The notes under the pieces are model-generated. The model saw only the letters and a list, made by a program, of their open reading frames with translations, was not told the DNA's origin and did not search any database. 64,000 nucleotides of DNA from Helicobacteraceae bacterium (GTDB lineage: Bacteria > Campylobacterota > Campylobacteria > Campylobacterales > Sulfurimonadaceae), in contig WFNF01000159.1 of assembly GCA_015488775.1 (NCBI GenBank), positions 2,988 to 66,987 of the forward strand, read 5' to 3'. This document shows, in pieces, positions 49,898 through 61,101 of this stretch; position 1 is the stretch's first letter; each line of letters opens with the position of its first letter. Position numbers and translations under genes: made by a program.

Positions 49898-50584
49898 ATG
49901 AAACATAAGGTTCTACTACCTCAAGAGTTTATTGAGCAAAGCGAAGAATACTTAGACCAGTTGATGCAATGTAAACTTTCCAAGATTACAATTTTAGAAA
50001 ATCAAGTTATACCTAGTGTTATTATGATGACACAAGCACAATATAATAAAATATGTAAAAGTAATGATCAAGATGCACCATATACACCTTCCTTACCTAG
50101 TGAAAAAGAGTTTGATGAATCAAACCTTACAAAAGAGGAAGGTATGTTTCTTACCATTAAACATAGAGTTAAATTTTTTAATGGTCTGAGCAACAAAGAG
50201 TCTATTGATGTAACTAAAAAAATAACTTTTATTAGACCCAAAGAGGGCAAAATGTTATTTGAGCAAGGCTCAAACTCAAAAGAGATTTATTACATCATAA
50301 AAGGTATAGTTTCTATCTTAACTCTTGATCATTTTAAAGAGTACACAGAGATAGCAGCACTTGATCCAAATATGGTTTTTGGAGAACTTGCTTGTATTGA
50401 AAACTCAAGAAGTGCAAGAGCAACTATAAAGTCAGAAGAAGCCCTACTACTAAAAATAGAGTTAAAAGATGATTTTGATGATCAAAACACAAAAGCCTTT
50501 ACTAAACTCTATAAAAATATGCTTGAGGCAGTTGCGAGTAAACTGATAAAAAGTAATAATCAGATGTTGAGTTTCGTGTCATAG
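49898..50584 (+). CDS. cyclic-nucleotide-binding domain protein
   Basis: C-terminal cNMP-binding fold (MLFEQGSNSKEIYYIIKG..VFGELACIENSRSARATIKSEEALLLKI). The N-terminal ~90 aa are unassigned. Confidence 0.65.
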   Translation: MKHKVLLPQEFIEQSEEYLDQLMQCKLSKITILENQVIPSVIMMTQAQYNKICKSNDQDAPYTPSLPSEKEFDESNLTKEEGMFLTIKHRVKFFNGLSNKESIDVTKKITFIRPKEGKMLFEQGSNSKEIYYIIKGIVSILTLDHFKEYTEIAALDPNMVFGELACIENSRSARATIKSEEALLLKIELKDDFDDQNTKAFTKLYKNMLEAVASKLIKSNNQMLSFVS

Positions 50585-50605
50585 TACTATGAAGAGCCAT
50601 ATACA

Positions 50606-52972
50606 CTAAATTTTAATATTTTCTACACTTTGCGGTTTTGCAAAGTAGTAGCCTTGAAAACATTTACACCCTAGCTCTTTTAGAAACTCATAATGCTCTT
50701 TGGTTTCAACACCCTCTGCTATTATCTCAAAATTAAAAGCATCACCGATGAGCAGTATGCTTTTTATAATCGCTATATCTTTATCGTTGTCTAACATATT
50801 TTTTACAAAAGATTGATCTATCTTTACTTGATCAAGGGGTAGGTTTTTTAAGTATTGTAAAGATGAGTAACCTGTTCCAAAATCATCTAAAGATATCTTA
50901 ATACCTAACTCCTTAATCTCATCCATTTTTTGCATAGTCTTTTTCATATCATCAACTAAAATTGATTCTGTAAGTTCAAACTTTAATTTACTTGTATCAA
51001 CTTTGTACTCTTGACAAACCTCTTTTACTTGATCGACAAAAATCTCTTGATTAAATTGCACGGCACTTATATTAACAGATATAGTAAGATGTTGTGTTTT
51101 CACATCATGCGAAAAAAGTTTTAACTGCCTGCACGACTCTTTTAAAACCCATAAACCAATAGGTAAAATCAGACCTGTTTTTTCTGCTATAGGTATAAAT
51201 TCAACTGGCGATATCAAACCTTGTAAAGGGTGATTCCATCTTATTAATGCTTCTGCACCATAAGTTTCACACCTCTCATTACATTGAGTTTGATAGTACA
51301 ATTCAAACTCACCATTTTCTATAGCTGAGTTTAGTGCAGAGTGCATAAACAGATGTGTTAAAGCTAGGGATTCAATTTTTTCATCAAAAAAAGTTATGTT
51401 TTGGTGTTTATTATCTTTTGCTAAATGTAGAGCGCCATCTGCTTGTTTTAAAACGATATTAGAATCCTCAACGCTGTGGTTATATAGTGATATACCTACA
51501 TATGTGGATATATTTACAGATTTAGAGTAAAGTTTAAACTCCTGAGAAAGTATATTTACTAAGTATTGAGCATTTGTTTGCGCTATAAATGAAGCTTTTT
51601 GCTGATTAATAGCAATATCTTTAAACCATATAGCAAACTCGTCTGCACCAATTCTTGCTATTTTAGAGCTTTCTTTAAAATTGTTTTTGACCCTAGATGC
51701 AATCTCTTGAAGTAATTTATCTCCACTTTTATGTGAATAAGCATCATTAATCATCTTAAAATCTTTGATATCAAAACATATAAGAGAACCATAACTATAG
51801 GGTTTTTGAGTTTCAATATCTTCTTGAATAGATCGAAGTAGCAACTCTTTATTTGCTAAACCAGTAAGTCCATCATATTGCTCAAGATAATCAATTTTCG
51901 CTTCACTCTCTTTTTGCAAGGTTAAATCTGTAAAAGAACCTACATAATATATAACCTTGCCCTTGTTATCTAAAACAGTCTGTATAGTGAGTTGTTCAGG
52001 GTATATAGAGCCATTTTTATGTCTATTATATACCTCACCTCTCCAAGAGTTATTTCTATCTAAAGAATCAAGCATATCTTTATAAAAAGCTTTACTTTGA
52101 ATACCTGATTTTAATATAGAAGGTGTTTTACCTATAACTTCTTCCGCTGTATATCCAGTAATAGCTGTAAAAGATTTATTTACTTGAAGTATTTTTTTAT
52201 TGGCATCAGTTATAGTCATACCATTTTGCGTTTCAAAAGCAATAGCCGCAACTTTTGAATCTCTATGAGAGTTTTCTATACGCTCTAACATAGTATTAAT
52301 CTCTGAATAAAGTTTACCAAATTCATTTTTATCTTTTATCTTAACTCTCTCTTTTAAAGAGTCAAAATATTCTATTCTTTCTAAAAATTTTACCAAATAC
52401 AAAATTGGCTCTGAGAACTTTTTTGCAACTATATAAGCTAAAAAATATGAAAAATTAAATAGCAAAAAAGAGACTATCAGCAGCATTAAGGCATCTCTTT
52501 TAAGTAAATCTTCTAGTGTTTCAATATTATAAACCATTTGTATATATCCAAGTTTAGATCCTTGATAACTTGCATCTAAATAAACAATAAGTTTTTTATC
52601 TAAAACATAAGAGTGTTCTTTAAACTCACCTTTTAAACTAGATACAGAAAAACTTTTATTTTTTACACTATATTGAAAAATTGGTTTTTTATCTAAAGTA
52701 TAAAGAACCATTTTATCTAACTTTTTAAAAGATCTTAGTTTTGATGTAATATCTGCCGCTGTAGATATTTTATTTAATAAAATCAATTGTGCAAAATCTT
52801 GTGAAAGTGTTTCACTAAGAGTATTTGAAAGCTCAATATGTTTACTCTCTTCATTAGAAAGGTACCAATATGCAAAACTACTATAGGCCAAAAAACTAGT
52901 AAAAAAAGTAACAAGAACTATAATGTACGTTAGTTTTTTTTGTATTAAACCTTTATTCTTGAAAAAAATCAT
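50606..52972 (-). CDS. membrane sensor with PAS, degenerate GGDEF and EAL domains
   Basis: 788 aa. Two TMs flanking a periplasmic domain, PAS (NGMTITDANKKILQVNKSF), GADEF in place of GGDEF with no RxxD I-site (KESS), and an intact-looking EAL (EALIRW, DDFGTGYSSL, EGVE). Confidence 0.85.
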   Translation of the reverse strand: MIFFKNKGLIQKKLTYIIVLVTFFTSFLAYSSFAYWYLSNEESKHIELSNTLSETLSQDFAQLILLNKISTAADITSKLRSFKKLDKMVLYTLDKKPIFQYSVKNKSFSVSSLKGEFKEHSYVLDKKLIVYLDASYQGSKLGYIQMVYNIETLEDLLKRDALMLLIVSFLLFNFSYFLAYIVAKKFSEPILYLVKFLERIEYFDSLKERVKIKDKNEFGKLYSEINTMLERIENSHRDSKVAAIAFETQNGMTITDANKKILQVNKSFTAITGYTAEEVIGKTPSILKSGIQSKAFYKDMLDSLDRNNSWRGEVYNRHKNGSIYPEQLTIQTVLDNKGKVIYYVGSFTDLTLQKESEAKIDYLEQYDGLTGLANKELLLRSIQEDIETQKPYSYGSLICFDIKDFKMINDAYSHKSGDKLLQEIASRVKNNFKESSKIARIGADEFAIWFKDIAINQQKASFIAQTNAQYLVNILSQEFKLYSKSVNISTYVGISLYNHSVEDSNIVLKQADGALHLAKDNKHQNITFFDEKIESLALTHLFMHSALNSAIENGEFELYYQTQCNERCETYGAEALIRWNHPLQGLISPVEFIPIAEKTGLILPIGLWVLKESCRQLKLFSHDVKTQHLTISVNISAVQFNQEIFVDQVKEVCQEYKVDTSKLKFELTESILVDDMKKTMQKMDEIKELGIKISLDDFGTGYSSLQYLKNLPLDQVKIDQSFVKNMLDNDKDIAIIKSILLIGDAFNFEIIAEGVETKEHYEFLKELGCKCFQGYYFAKPQSVENIKI

Positions 52973-52975
52973 ATA

Positions 52976-53836
52976 TTATTTTTTAGATGGATTTTTAATA
53001 GGTGTATTTGCATCATTACCCCACTCCGTCCATGAACCATCATAAACTGCTGCCTTATAACCTAACTCTTGCAAAACAATAAAATTTAAAGCAGCTTCAG
53101 CGCCACCATCACAATATAAAATAATATCTTTATCTTTAGGAATATCTTTATAAACTTTTTTCAAATCTTTTAAATCTTTCATTTTATTGCCAGTTGATGT
53201 AACTTCATAGTTATGTGTACATTCATAATTTAAAGCAGTTGGTATATGACCATAACGAGCAGCTGTAGATTCTTTACCCTCAAAATGTGGGTGATGTCTT
53301 CCATCAATAATAGTTTTTTTACCTATCCCCATTAATGTGCTTAGTTTAGTCTCTAACTTTGAGTTATCTACCCTTGGAGTAAATTCAACTCTTTTATTTT
53401 TATGTATTTTTGATGATACTGATAAAAGGTTTTTATCCCAATTTCCAAATCCAACATCTAAAATACCAACATTGTCATGACCTAAAACTTCTAAAATCCA
53501 GTAAAATCTAGCTGACCATATAAAACTACCATCATCATAAGCTAAAACCATAGTATCATGCCCAATACCTGCCTCACTAATAATCTCTTTTAAATCATTT
53601 AAGCTTGGCATAAAATAATCTTTTGCAAATAGATTTTTTAAAGCTGGTATATTTACAGCTTTTGCAATATGAGACTTGTTATACTCCTTTGCATCTCTTA
53701 AATCTACTACAACCAATTTATTGTTATCAATATTTTTTGATAACCATTGTGCAGATACAATAGCTGGTATCTCGTCATTTGCATGAATAGTAAGTGTAAA
53801 GGTGAAGGCAACGATAAGCAGTTTAATAATGTTCAT
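52976..53836 (-). CDS. secreted tandem-rhodanese sulfurtransferase
   Basis: Signal peptide, two rhodanese-like halves, candidate active-site Cys in ILYCDGGAEAA. Confidence 0.75.
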   Translation of the reverse strand: MNIIKLLIVAFTFTLTIHANDEIPAIVSAQWLSKNIDNNKLVVVDLRDAKEYNKSHIAKAVNIPALKNLFAKDYFMPSLNDLKEIISEAGIGHDTMVLAYDDGSFIWSARFYWILEVLGHDNVGILDVGFGNWDKNLLSVSSKIHKNKRVEFTPRVDNSKLETKLSTLMGIGKKTIIDGRHHPHFEGKESTAARYGHIPTALNYECTHNYEVTSTGNKMKDLKDLKKVYKDIPKDKDIILYCDGGAEAALNFIVLQELGYKAAVYDGSWTEWGNDANTPIKNPSKK

Positions 53837-54014
53837 AATATATCCTGTTAATATAATATGTCATTCTACTACACATAAGTTTAATAGTAAATTATGTCTT
53901 ATTAATACTTAATATAAATAAAAAGTTAACTTTTTGCTTTTATTAAAAATATTTAGATAAAATAATGATTAATGTTGTGTGGTGTAAAAAATTAAAATTA
54001 AATAGAGGACAATA

Positions 54015-54221
54015 ATGCAAGATTATAACTTAGTTCAACGTCTTGATAGCAAAATCACAAGTTTACTTGAATCATATAATTCTCTAAAAGAGGATTGTGA
54101 GCTTCTTAAAATGGAATCTGAAGAGTTAAGTGCTCAAAACACAAAATTAACAGAGGAACTAGCTTCAAGAGATAGAGAAATTGAAGCAATAGTTGAAAAA
54201 ATTGAGACAATCTTAGGATAA
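54015..54221 (+). CDS. small coiled-coil protein (ZapB-like guess)
   Basis: 68 aa. Heptad-rich, acidic. Confidence 0.35.
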   Translation: MQDYNLVQRLDSKITSLLESYNSLKEDCELLKMESEELSAQNTKLTEELASRDREIEAIVEKIETILG

Positions 54222-54223
54222 TT

Positions 54224-54463
54224 ATGGGTGTAGAAAAACTATCTTTAAAAATCAATTCCCAAAAGTATGATATAAATGCTAATGGTGATTTTAAAGAGTT
54301 TTTACATCATTCATTGATCAATGATTTTGATACAGAGTCAAATAATGACTTAAAAAAATTATTAAATGCTTATGTCAAAAGTACATACAAACTTTTTAAA
54401 CTTGAAAATGAGTTAAATGAGCTTGATATAAAACTTAATGATGTTAATCTTTTTAAAAAGTGA
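54224..54463 (+). CDS. hypothetical small protein
   Basis: 79 aa. Starts 2 nt after the preceding ORF. Confidence 0.35.
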   Translation: MGVEKLSLKINSQKYDINANGDFKEFLHHSLINDFDTESNNDLKKLLNAYVKSTYKLFKLENELNELDIKLNDVNLFKK

Positions 54464-55232
54464 TATATTTCATTATCTTTTTTTCAAAATAAACACACTC
54501 TTTATAACCTACATCCCTAGCTAATTTATATACTTCATCTTCAAACATATTTATCTGTGATGGTTTATGAGCATCTGAACTAAAAGTTATTGGTATATCT
54601 AAAGAGAAAGCAATATCTAAAAGAGTTTTACTAGGATACGCTTGTGCAATAGGTTTTCTATATCCTGCTACATTTAACTCAATTGCCATACCTGCTTCTT
54701 TAATTGCGATAAGTGCATTATGTGCTATGTCAGCTACATTTTTCTTGGGTAAAAATTTAAACACTTTAATTAAGTCTAAATGTCCAACAACATTAAAGTA
54801 CTTACTCTTTGCCATTTTTTCTATAAGATCAAAATACTCTTGCCAAATTACATCAATATCCATCTCATCATATTTGCCTATAAACTCAGGATTATCAAAA
54901 CCCCACTTGTTTATAAAATGTACACTACCAATCAAATAATCTACATCTGCATCTAGTACTCTTTTATCCATATGATTTTCAAGGTAATCTACCTCATAGG
55001 CTAAAAGTATATCAATCTCATTTTTATACTTAGATTTTAATGTTAAAATATTCTCTTCATAAGCTTTCATCTGATCAAAAGACATTCTGTATTTTTCATC
55101 ATAATCCATTGGTGCATGATCAGCAAAACCAAAAAATTTACATTTTTGATTTATAGCTTCTACAATATATTCTTCACTTTTACCCTCTGCATGATTACAA
55201 AGTGTTGTGTGATTGTGTAAATCTACTATCAT
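54453..55232 (-). CDS. PHP-family histidinol-phosphatase-like hydrolase
   Basis: MIVDLHNHTTLCNHA.., FGFADHAP, GSVHF, GHLD, SSDAH metal-ligand pattern. Confidence 0.8.
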   Translation of the reverse strand: MIVDLHNHTTLCNHAEGKSEEYIVEAINQKCKFFGFADHAPMDYDEKYRMSFDQMKAYEENILTLKSKYKNEIDILLAYEVDYLENHMDKRVLDADVDYLIGSVHFINKWGFDNPEFIGKYDEMDIDVIWQEYFDLIEKMAKSKYFNVVGHLDLIKVFKFLPKKNVADIAHNALIAIKEAGMAIELNVAGYRKPIAQAYPSKTLLDIAFSLDIPITFSSDAHKPSQINMFEDEVYKLARDVGYKECVYFEKKIMKYITF

Positions 55233-55312
55233 TTTTATTAACCAATCATATTATTAATTTAAAATTATTTTTTATGTGCTATTATAGTATAAAAAATATT
55301 TAGGCTGACATT

Positions 55313-56011
55313 ATGACACAAGAAGAATTAGATGCTTTAATGAATGAAGACTTGGATGATAGTATTGAAGAGGTAGAAAATGAAGAACCTCAAGAAAAAG
55401 ATATTGAAACCAAAGATGAGGATGTCAATGACAATATGGATGCGTCAACATATAGAGTTGATGCAGCATCAAGTTGGCCACCACCACCACCTGATGATGA
55501 TCATAAAGTAGTACATCAACTTGATGATGTTACAAAAGAGAGTGAAGAGAAAGCAAGTGAGATATTTGACTTAATAGAAAATGTTTCTAATGTTTTAATG
55601 GAAAGCGAGGAGAAAGCAGCTGAAGTTATAGAAGTTATAACATCAAACAATGAACTTTTTGCTACTTTAATAGAAAAATTTCCAGATATACAAACCTTTA
55701 AAGATCATAAAATTAAAGGGGAACACGCAATAGAGGGCATGGATCATCTAGTTGAATCTATACAAGGCTCTGGTGATGATATCATGACTGTTATGGATAT
55801 AATGCAATATCAAGATATACATAGACAAAAGATAGAGCGTGTAATAAATGTTATGAGAGCATTATCTTCATATATGAACCAACTTTTTGCTGGTAAAATT
55901 GATGATGATAAGCGTGTTTCATCTGCTGTACATCTTCCAGGTGATGATACTGAAGAAGTAGTATCTAGTGATGATATAGAGGATTTATTAGCTTCGTTTG
56001 GTCAAAAGTAA
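55313..56011 (+). CDS. CheZ-like chemotaxis phosphatase (epsilonproteobacterial type)
   Basis: Highly acidic N-terminus, WPPPPPDDD tract, and MQYQDIHRQKIERV containing the D-x3-Q catalytic pattern of CheZ. Confidence 0.5.
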   Translation: MTQEELDALMNEDLDDSIEEVENEEPQEKDIETKDEDVNDNMDASTYRVDAASSWPPPPPDDDHKVVHQLDDVTKESEEKASEIFDLIENVSNVLMESEEKAAEVIEVITSNNELFATLIEKFPDIQTFKDHKIKGEHAIEGMDHLVESIQGSGDDIMTVMDIMQYQDIHRQKIERVINVMRALSSYMNQLFAGKIDDDKRVSSAVHLPGDDTEEVVSSDDIEDLLASFGQK

Positions 56012-56031
56012 GTTTTAAAGTTTTCTTTAAC

Positions 56032-56823
56032 TTACTCCCTAGAACCACACTTACCCATGCCACACTTACCTGCTCCACACTTGCCAGCTCCACATTTCAT
56101 CTCTTGTTTATCTTTAAGCAATGTCTCTTTAGGTGTGTTTACATAATAATCATACTGCTTGTATGCTTTAAATAGAGTCCATGAACCAAAAAGTATTACA
56201 CTTATAGAGGCTAGGTTTAACATAAGCTTTCTATACTTAGAAACATTTAACTGACCAAGCAAAAAACCTAAAGTAAACATTGTAGGCATAGTAAACAAAC
56301 CAAATACAAACATAACAAAAGCACCATATAATGCACTAGCAGTTGAGATAGATGTAACAAGCATTATATAAACTAATCCACAAGGGATTAAACCGTTTAA
56401 CACCCCTAAAGTAAAAAAGCTAGATACTGACTTTGAGCCTAGTGAGAAAGTGTATATCTTTTTAAATAAAGGTATTTTATTTATAGGAACTTCAAGATAA
56501 GTTAAAAACTTCAACTTACCTGCAAAAGATAAACCCATTAAAATCATTAATGAACCAGAAGTTAAAAGCATTATAGAGCGTTCTAACGCTCCAACATCCC
56601 ACAATGAACCAAAGTAGCCAAATAATGCTCCAAGTAGAGTGTATGAGCTAACACGTCCTATGTTATACATAAAGTGATACAGTGATTGTTTTGTTTTGTT
56701 TTGGGAGGGGTCTATTTTTGCTGTAGTATAACTTATAACAAAGCCACCACACATACCAACGCAGTGACCAAGAGAGCCTAAAAAGGCAAAAGAGATAATC
56801 GCAGCTATCTCAGCGTAACTCAT
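56032..56823 (-). CDS. DsbD_2/TauE-like integral membrane protein with Cys-repeat tail
   Basis: GSLGHCVGMCGGFV in TM1, about 6 TM helices, C-terminal MKCGAGKCGAGKCGMGKCGSRE. Confidence 0.6.
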   Translation of the reverse strand: MSYAEIAAIISFAFLGSLGHCVGMCGGFVISYTTAKIDPSQNKTKQSLYHFMYNIGRVSSYTLLGALFGYFGSLWDVGALERSIMLLTSGSLMILMGLSFAGKLKFLTYLEVPINKIPLFKKIYTFSLGSKSVSSFFTLGVLNGLIPCGLVYIMLVTSISTASALYGAFVMFVFGLFTMPTMFTLGFLLGQLNVSKYRKLMLNLASISVILFGSWTLFKAYKQYDYYVNTPKETLLKDKQEMKCGAGKCGAGKCGMGKCGSRE

Positions 56824-57947
56824 TTACTAACTAAGTCCATAAACTTTGTAAATACATAGCGAGACTCTTTAGGTCCAGGACTAGCTTCTGGGTGGTGCTG
56901 AACAGAAAAAATAGGAGAGTCATTATATGCAAGACCCTCAATAGTATTATCAAAAAGATTAGTATGTGTAACTTGAGCTATATCTGTGATATTATCAGGT
57001 ACATTATAGTTATGGTTTTGTGCAGTAATCTCTACAGTTGAATTTTCAACATTTTTAACTGGATGATTTCCACCATGATGACCAAACTTTAGTTTATAAG
57101 TGTCATAACCATGAGAGATACTTAAAAGTTGATGCCCTAAACATATACCAAACATTGGAACCTTAGCTTCAATAAGCTTTTTGATTTTAGCTTGTTCATC
57201 TTTTAGTACAAGTGGATCACCAGGACCATTAGATAAAAACACACCATCTAATTTACCAGATTTTACTTTTTCTATCATCTCATCTGCATCAAAACTGTTT
57301 GGAGTAACTTCAACCTCAAAACCAGCAGATGTTAATTCATTTAAGATATTTCTTTTTACACCAAAATCTATAGCAGCAATTTTTGCTTTTACTTCTCCTG
57401 GCTCATCATACTTAAAGTTTTCAGAGTCATAAACTCCAGTACTATGAATATAACTCTCTTTTGTACTAACCTCTTCAATATAATTGATTTCAGAGATTTT
57501 TTTAGAAGATTTTAAAACTTTTGCCAACTCATCTTTATCTGAGATCTCTGTTGAAGCTACCATCTCCATAGCACCCTCACTTCTTAACATCTTAGTTATA
57601 TATCTAGTGTCAATATCACAAATACCTATAACATTATGTTTTTCTAAAAAGTCGTTAAGGTTACCCTCACTTCTAAAGTTAGAATCTTGATGCTGATACT
57701 GTCTTACTAAGATGCCTTTACATGGGCAACCTTTTGACTCCATATCTTCATCATTACAACCAACATTACCAATCTCAGGAGTTGTAAAAGTAACAAACTG
57801 TCCCGCGTAAGATGGATCAGAGATAATCTCTTGATAACCAGACATTGAAGTATTGAAAACTATTTCACCAACACTTGTACCCTTAGCACCAAAGCTTTTT
57901 GCTTCTAAGAAAGTGCCATTTTCTAAGTAAATATAAACTTTTTGCAT
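56820..57947 (-). CDS. carA: carbamoyl-phosphate synthase small (glutaminase) subunit
   Basis: 375 aa. GICLGHQLL nucleophile elbow and HHPEASPGP. Confidence 0.95.
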   Translation of the reverse strand: MQKVYIYLENGTFLEAKSFGAKGTSVGEIVFNTSMSGYQEIISDPSYAGQFVTFTTPEIGNVGCNDEDMESKGCPCKGILVRQYQHQDSNFRSEGNLNDFLEKHNVIGICDIDTRYITKMLRSEGAMEMVASTEISDKDELAKVLKSSKKISEINYIEEVSTKESYIHSTGVYDSENFKYDEPGEVKAKIAAIDFGVKRNILNELTSAGFEVEVTPNSFDADEMIEKVKSGKLDGVFLSNGPGDPLVLKDEQAKIKKLIEAKVPMFGICLGHQLLSISHGYDTYKLKFGHHGGNHPVKNVENSTVEITAQNHNYNVPDNITDIAQVTHTNLFDNTIEGLAYNDSPIFSVQHHPEASPGPKESRYVFTKFMDLVSK

Positions 57948-58498
57948 TATGCCATTCCCCTTTTTATTAACTCTTCTTGCATATGTTTTTCAAATAAAAT
58001 ATCAAATTCATCAGTCCCAGGTATAATTTTTCTTGAGTAAGAGTGAAGTTTATCCATAACAGCAGACTGTATCTCACTACTCTCACCAATAAATGAAGTC
58101 ATAGCATCAAAAATTATATTTTTTACAACTATCTCATTTACTTCATAATGCAAAAAATCCTCTTCATAAAGCTCATCTAAGATTTTATGTGCTAGATTTG
58201 AGTAACGATCTTCATAAGAAAGATTCACATCAAACTGATCAGCAAGTTTTTTCTTAATCATAAAAAATAGTTGTCTCTCATCTGCTAAATACTCATCAAT
58301 TTGATCCTCATTAGCATCTACAATCTCATTAACTTTTTCTTCAAGAGCCATCTCTTTTTTAACATCTTCATCTATAAGTTCAATAGCAATACCAACAACT
58401 GCCTCTTGACCTTGGGTTAACTTAACAAGTCCACTATTAGCTAAATCAACAGCAATTTTTTGAGCAATATGAGTAATATTTTTAGGAGAAACTTTCAT
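57947..58498 (-). CDS. conserved hypothetical (DUF507-like guess)
   Basis: 183 aa, acidic and helical. Its stop overlaps the carA start. Confidence 0.4.
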   Translation of the reverse strand: MKVSPKNITHIAQKIAVDLANSGLVKLTQGQEAVVGIAIELIDEDVKKEMALEEKVNEIVDANEDQIDEYLADERQLFFMIKKKLADQFDVNLSYEDRYSNLAHKILDELYEEDFLHYEVNEIVVKNIIFDAMTSFIGESSEIQSAVMDKLHSYSRKIIPGTDEFDILFEKHMQEELIKRGMA

Positions 58499-58569
58499 TA
58501 TGAATTGAGACCTTATAATTTTTTTGTATTTTACCTAAGATTGTCTAATAAAGAGTTTTAATTATGTTT

Positions 58570-58878
58570 TTAATAATGCACAGCTAACCAAATAGTTTTT
58601 TCATCTTTTGAGGTGTAGGTAACTTTATGTTTTTGATGTGGTTTAATGTTTAGTGTGTCACCTCTTTTTAGATATATCTCACGATTATCTTCAAACATAA
58701 TTTTTGCATCACCTTGTAAAACTATAAGCCACTCGCTTTTATCTTGATCATACCAAAAATCATCTTTGCTAGTATGACCATCAGATACAATTCTCTCAAT
58801 TTTGAAGTTTTTATTTACTAAAATATCTTCAAAAAGTTCATCTTTCAACTTTGATGGTGTGTTTTCAAAAATATTCAT
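58570..58878 (-). CDS. cupin-domain protein
   Basis: 102 aa. ..EWLIVLQGDAKIMFEDN..GDTLNIKPHQKHKV beta-barrel motif pattern. Confidence 0.6.
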   Translation of the reverse strand: MNIFENTPSKLKDELFEDILVNKNFKIERIVSDGHTSKDDFWYDQDKSEWLIVLQGDAKIMFEDNREIYLKRGDTLNIKPHQKHKVTYTSKDEKTIWLAVHY

Positions 58879-59387
58879 TTAACTTTAGATATTTCACTTG
58901 TTAACTTAGCTGCATCTACTGGTTTCATTTTACCTAAAATTGCTCCAACTGTTTTTGGTTTTAGTGTACTTAGTATCTTAGATGCCTCTTTTTTATCCAT
59001 TTTTGAGAGTATATTTGCAGCATTTGCAGCTTTCATTTTGGAGTATGTTTTTGAGATAGCGTCCATTTTTAACTCTTTTATCTCTTTTAAAACTTTTTTA
59101 TTCTCTTCAAGCATCTCTTGAGTTAGTTTTTTTGTTGCATTTACATCCATCTCGATGCTGTTTAATCTTTTCTCTTTCTGATCAAGAAAGACCTCTTTGT
59201 TATTTAATAACTCATCTGTTGCTATCTTTAAAGATTCCAAGGCTTGACGCTGTTCATCTATGCGTTCTAACTCTAAAACAAGCTCCCCTTTTCTTTGTTC
59301 AAAAATCTTAGTACACTCATAAAGTTTTGAATTTTCATAAGCTGCGAGGCTAGATATTAAAACTGTAATAATTAAAATTATTTTCAT
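58875..59387 (-). CDS. MgtE_N/MotE-like flagellar-associated coiled-coil protein
   Basis: Signal/anchor, coiled-coil, C-terminal KAANAANILSKMDKKEASKILSTLKPKTVGAILGKM repeat pattern. Confidence 0.45.
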   Translation of the reverse strand: MKIILIITVLISSLAAYENSKLYECTKIFEQRKGELVLELERIDEQRQALESLKIATDELLNNKEVFLDQKEKRLNSIEMDVNATKKLTQEMLEENKKVLKEIKELKMDAISKTYSKMKAANAANILSKMDKKEASKILSTLKPKTVGAILGKMKPVDAAKLTSEISKVK

Positions 59388-59389
59388 AT

Positions 59390-59818
59390 TTACTCACTTT
59401 TTTTATTTTTAAAATTGTATGATAAAAGACCCATCTCATCTAAATCTTTTGCCTCTTGAGCTTTTTGTTTTTTTATAATTTCCTCTATCTCTTTTGTTTC
59501 TAGGTATTTAAACTTTTCATACTCTTTGAGTGTATCTTCTAGCTTTAATCTTATCTGTTCTTTTTGATCTTCAAAATGGTAAACAACACCTTGAGATCGT
59601 TCTATAAGTTTTCTTTGTGATTGTAACATACTTTGATGCTGAGTGAAAAGGGAAATAGTTCCAGAAGTTGGAGGGGCTAAGTTTAAAAGTTCAAGTTTAT
59701 TTGTTTTCAGATCCTCTTTGGCTTGAAGTAGTTCACGATTTACCAAAGAGTATTCCTCCTCCACCTTGTCTAAAAGATTTTTTTTAACCTTAACAAGTGG
59801 GGAGAATTTTGTTTTCAA
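59390..59818 (-). CDS. FliJ-like flagellar export chaperone
   Basis: 142 aa coiled-coil (FSPLVKVKKNLLDKVEEEY..). Sits next to purA, as I recall for the FliJ-like HP0256 next to purA in Helicobacter pylori. Confidence 0.45.
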   Translation of the reverse strand: MKTKFSPLVKVKKNLLDKVEEEYSLVNRELLQAKEDLKTNKLELLNLAPPTSGTISLFTQHQSMLQSQRKLIERSQGVVYHFEDQKEQIRLKLEDTLKEYEKFKYLETKEIEEIIKKQKAQEAKDLDEMGLLSYNFKNKKSE

Positions 59819-59820
59819 AA

Positions 59821-61095
<1,275 letters not shown>

Positions 61096-61101
61096 TTATT
61101 T

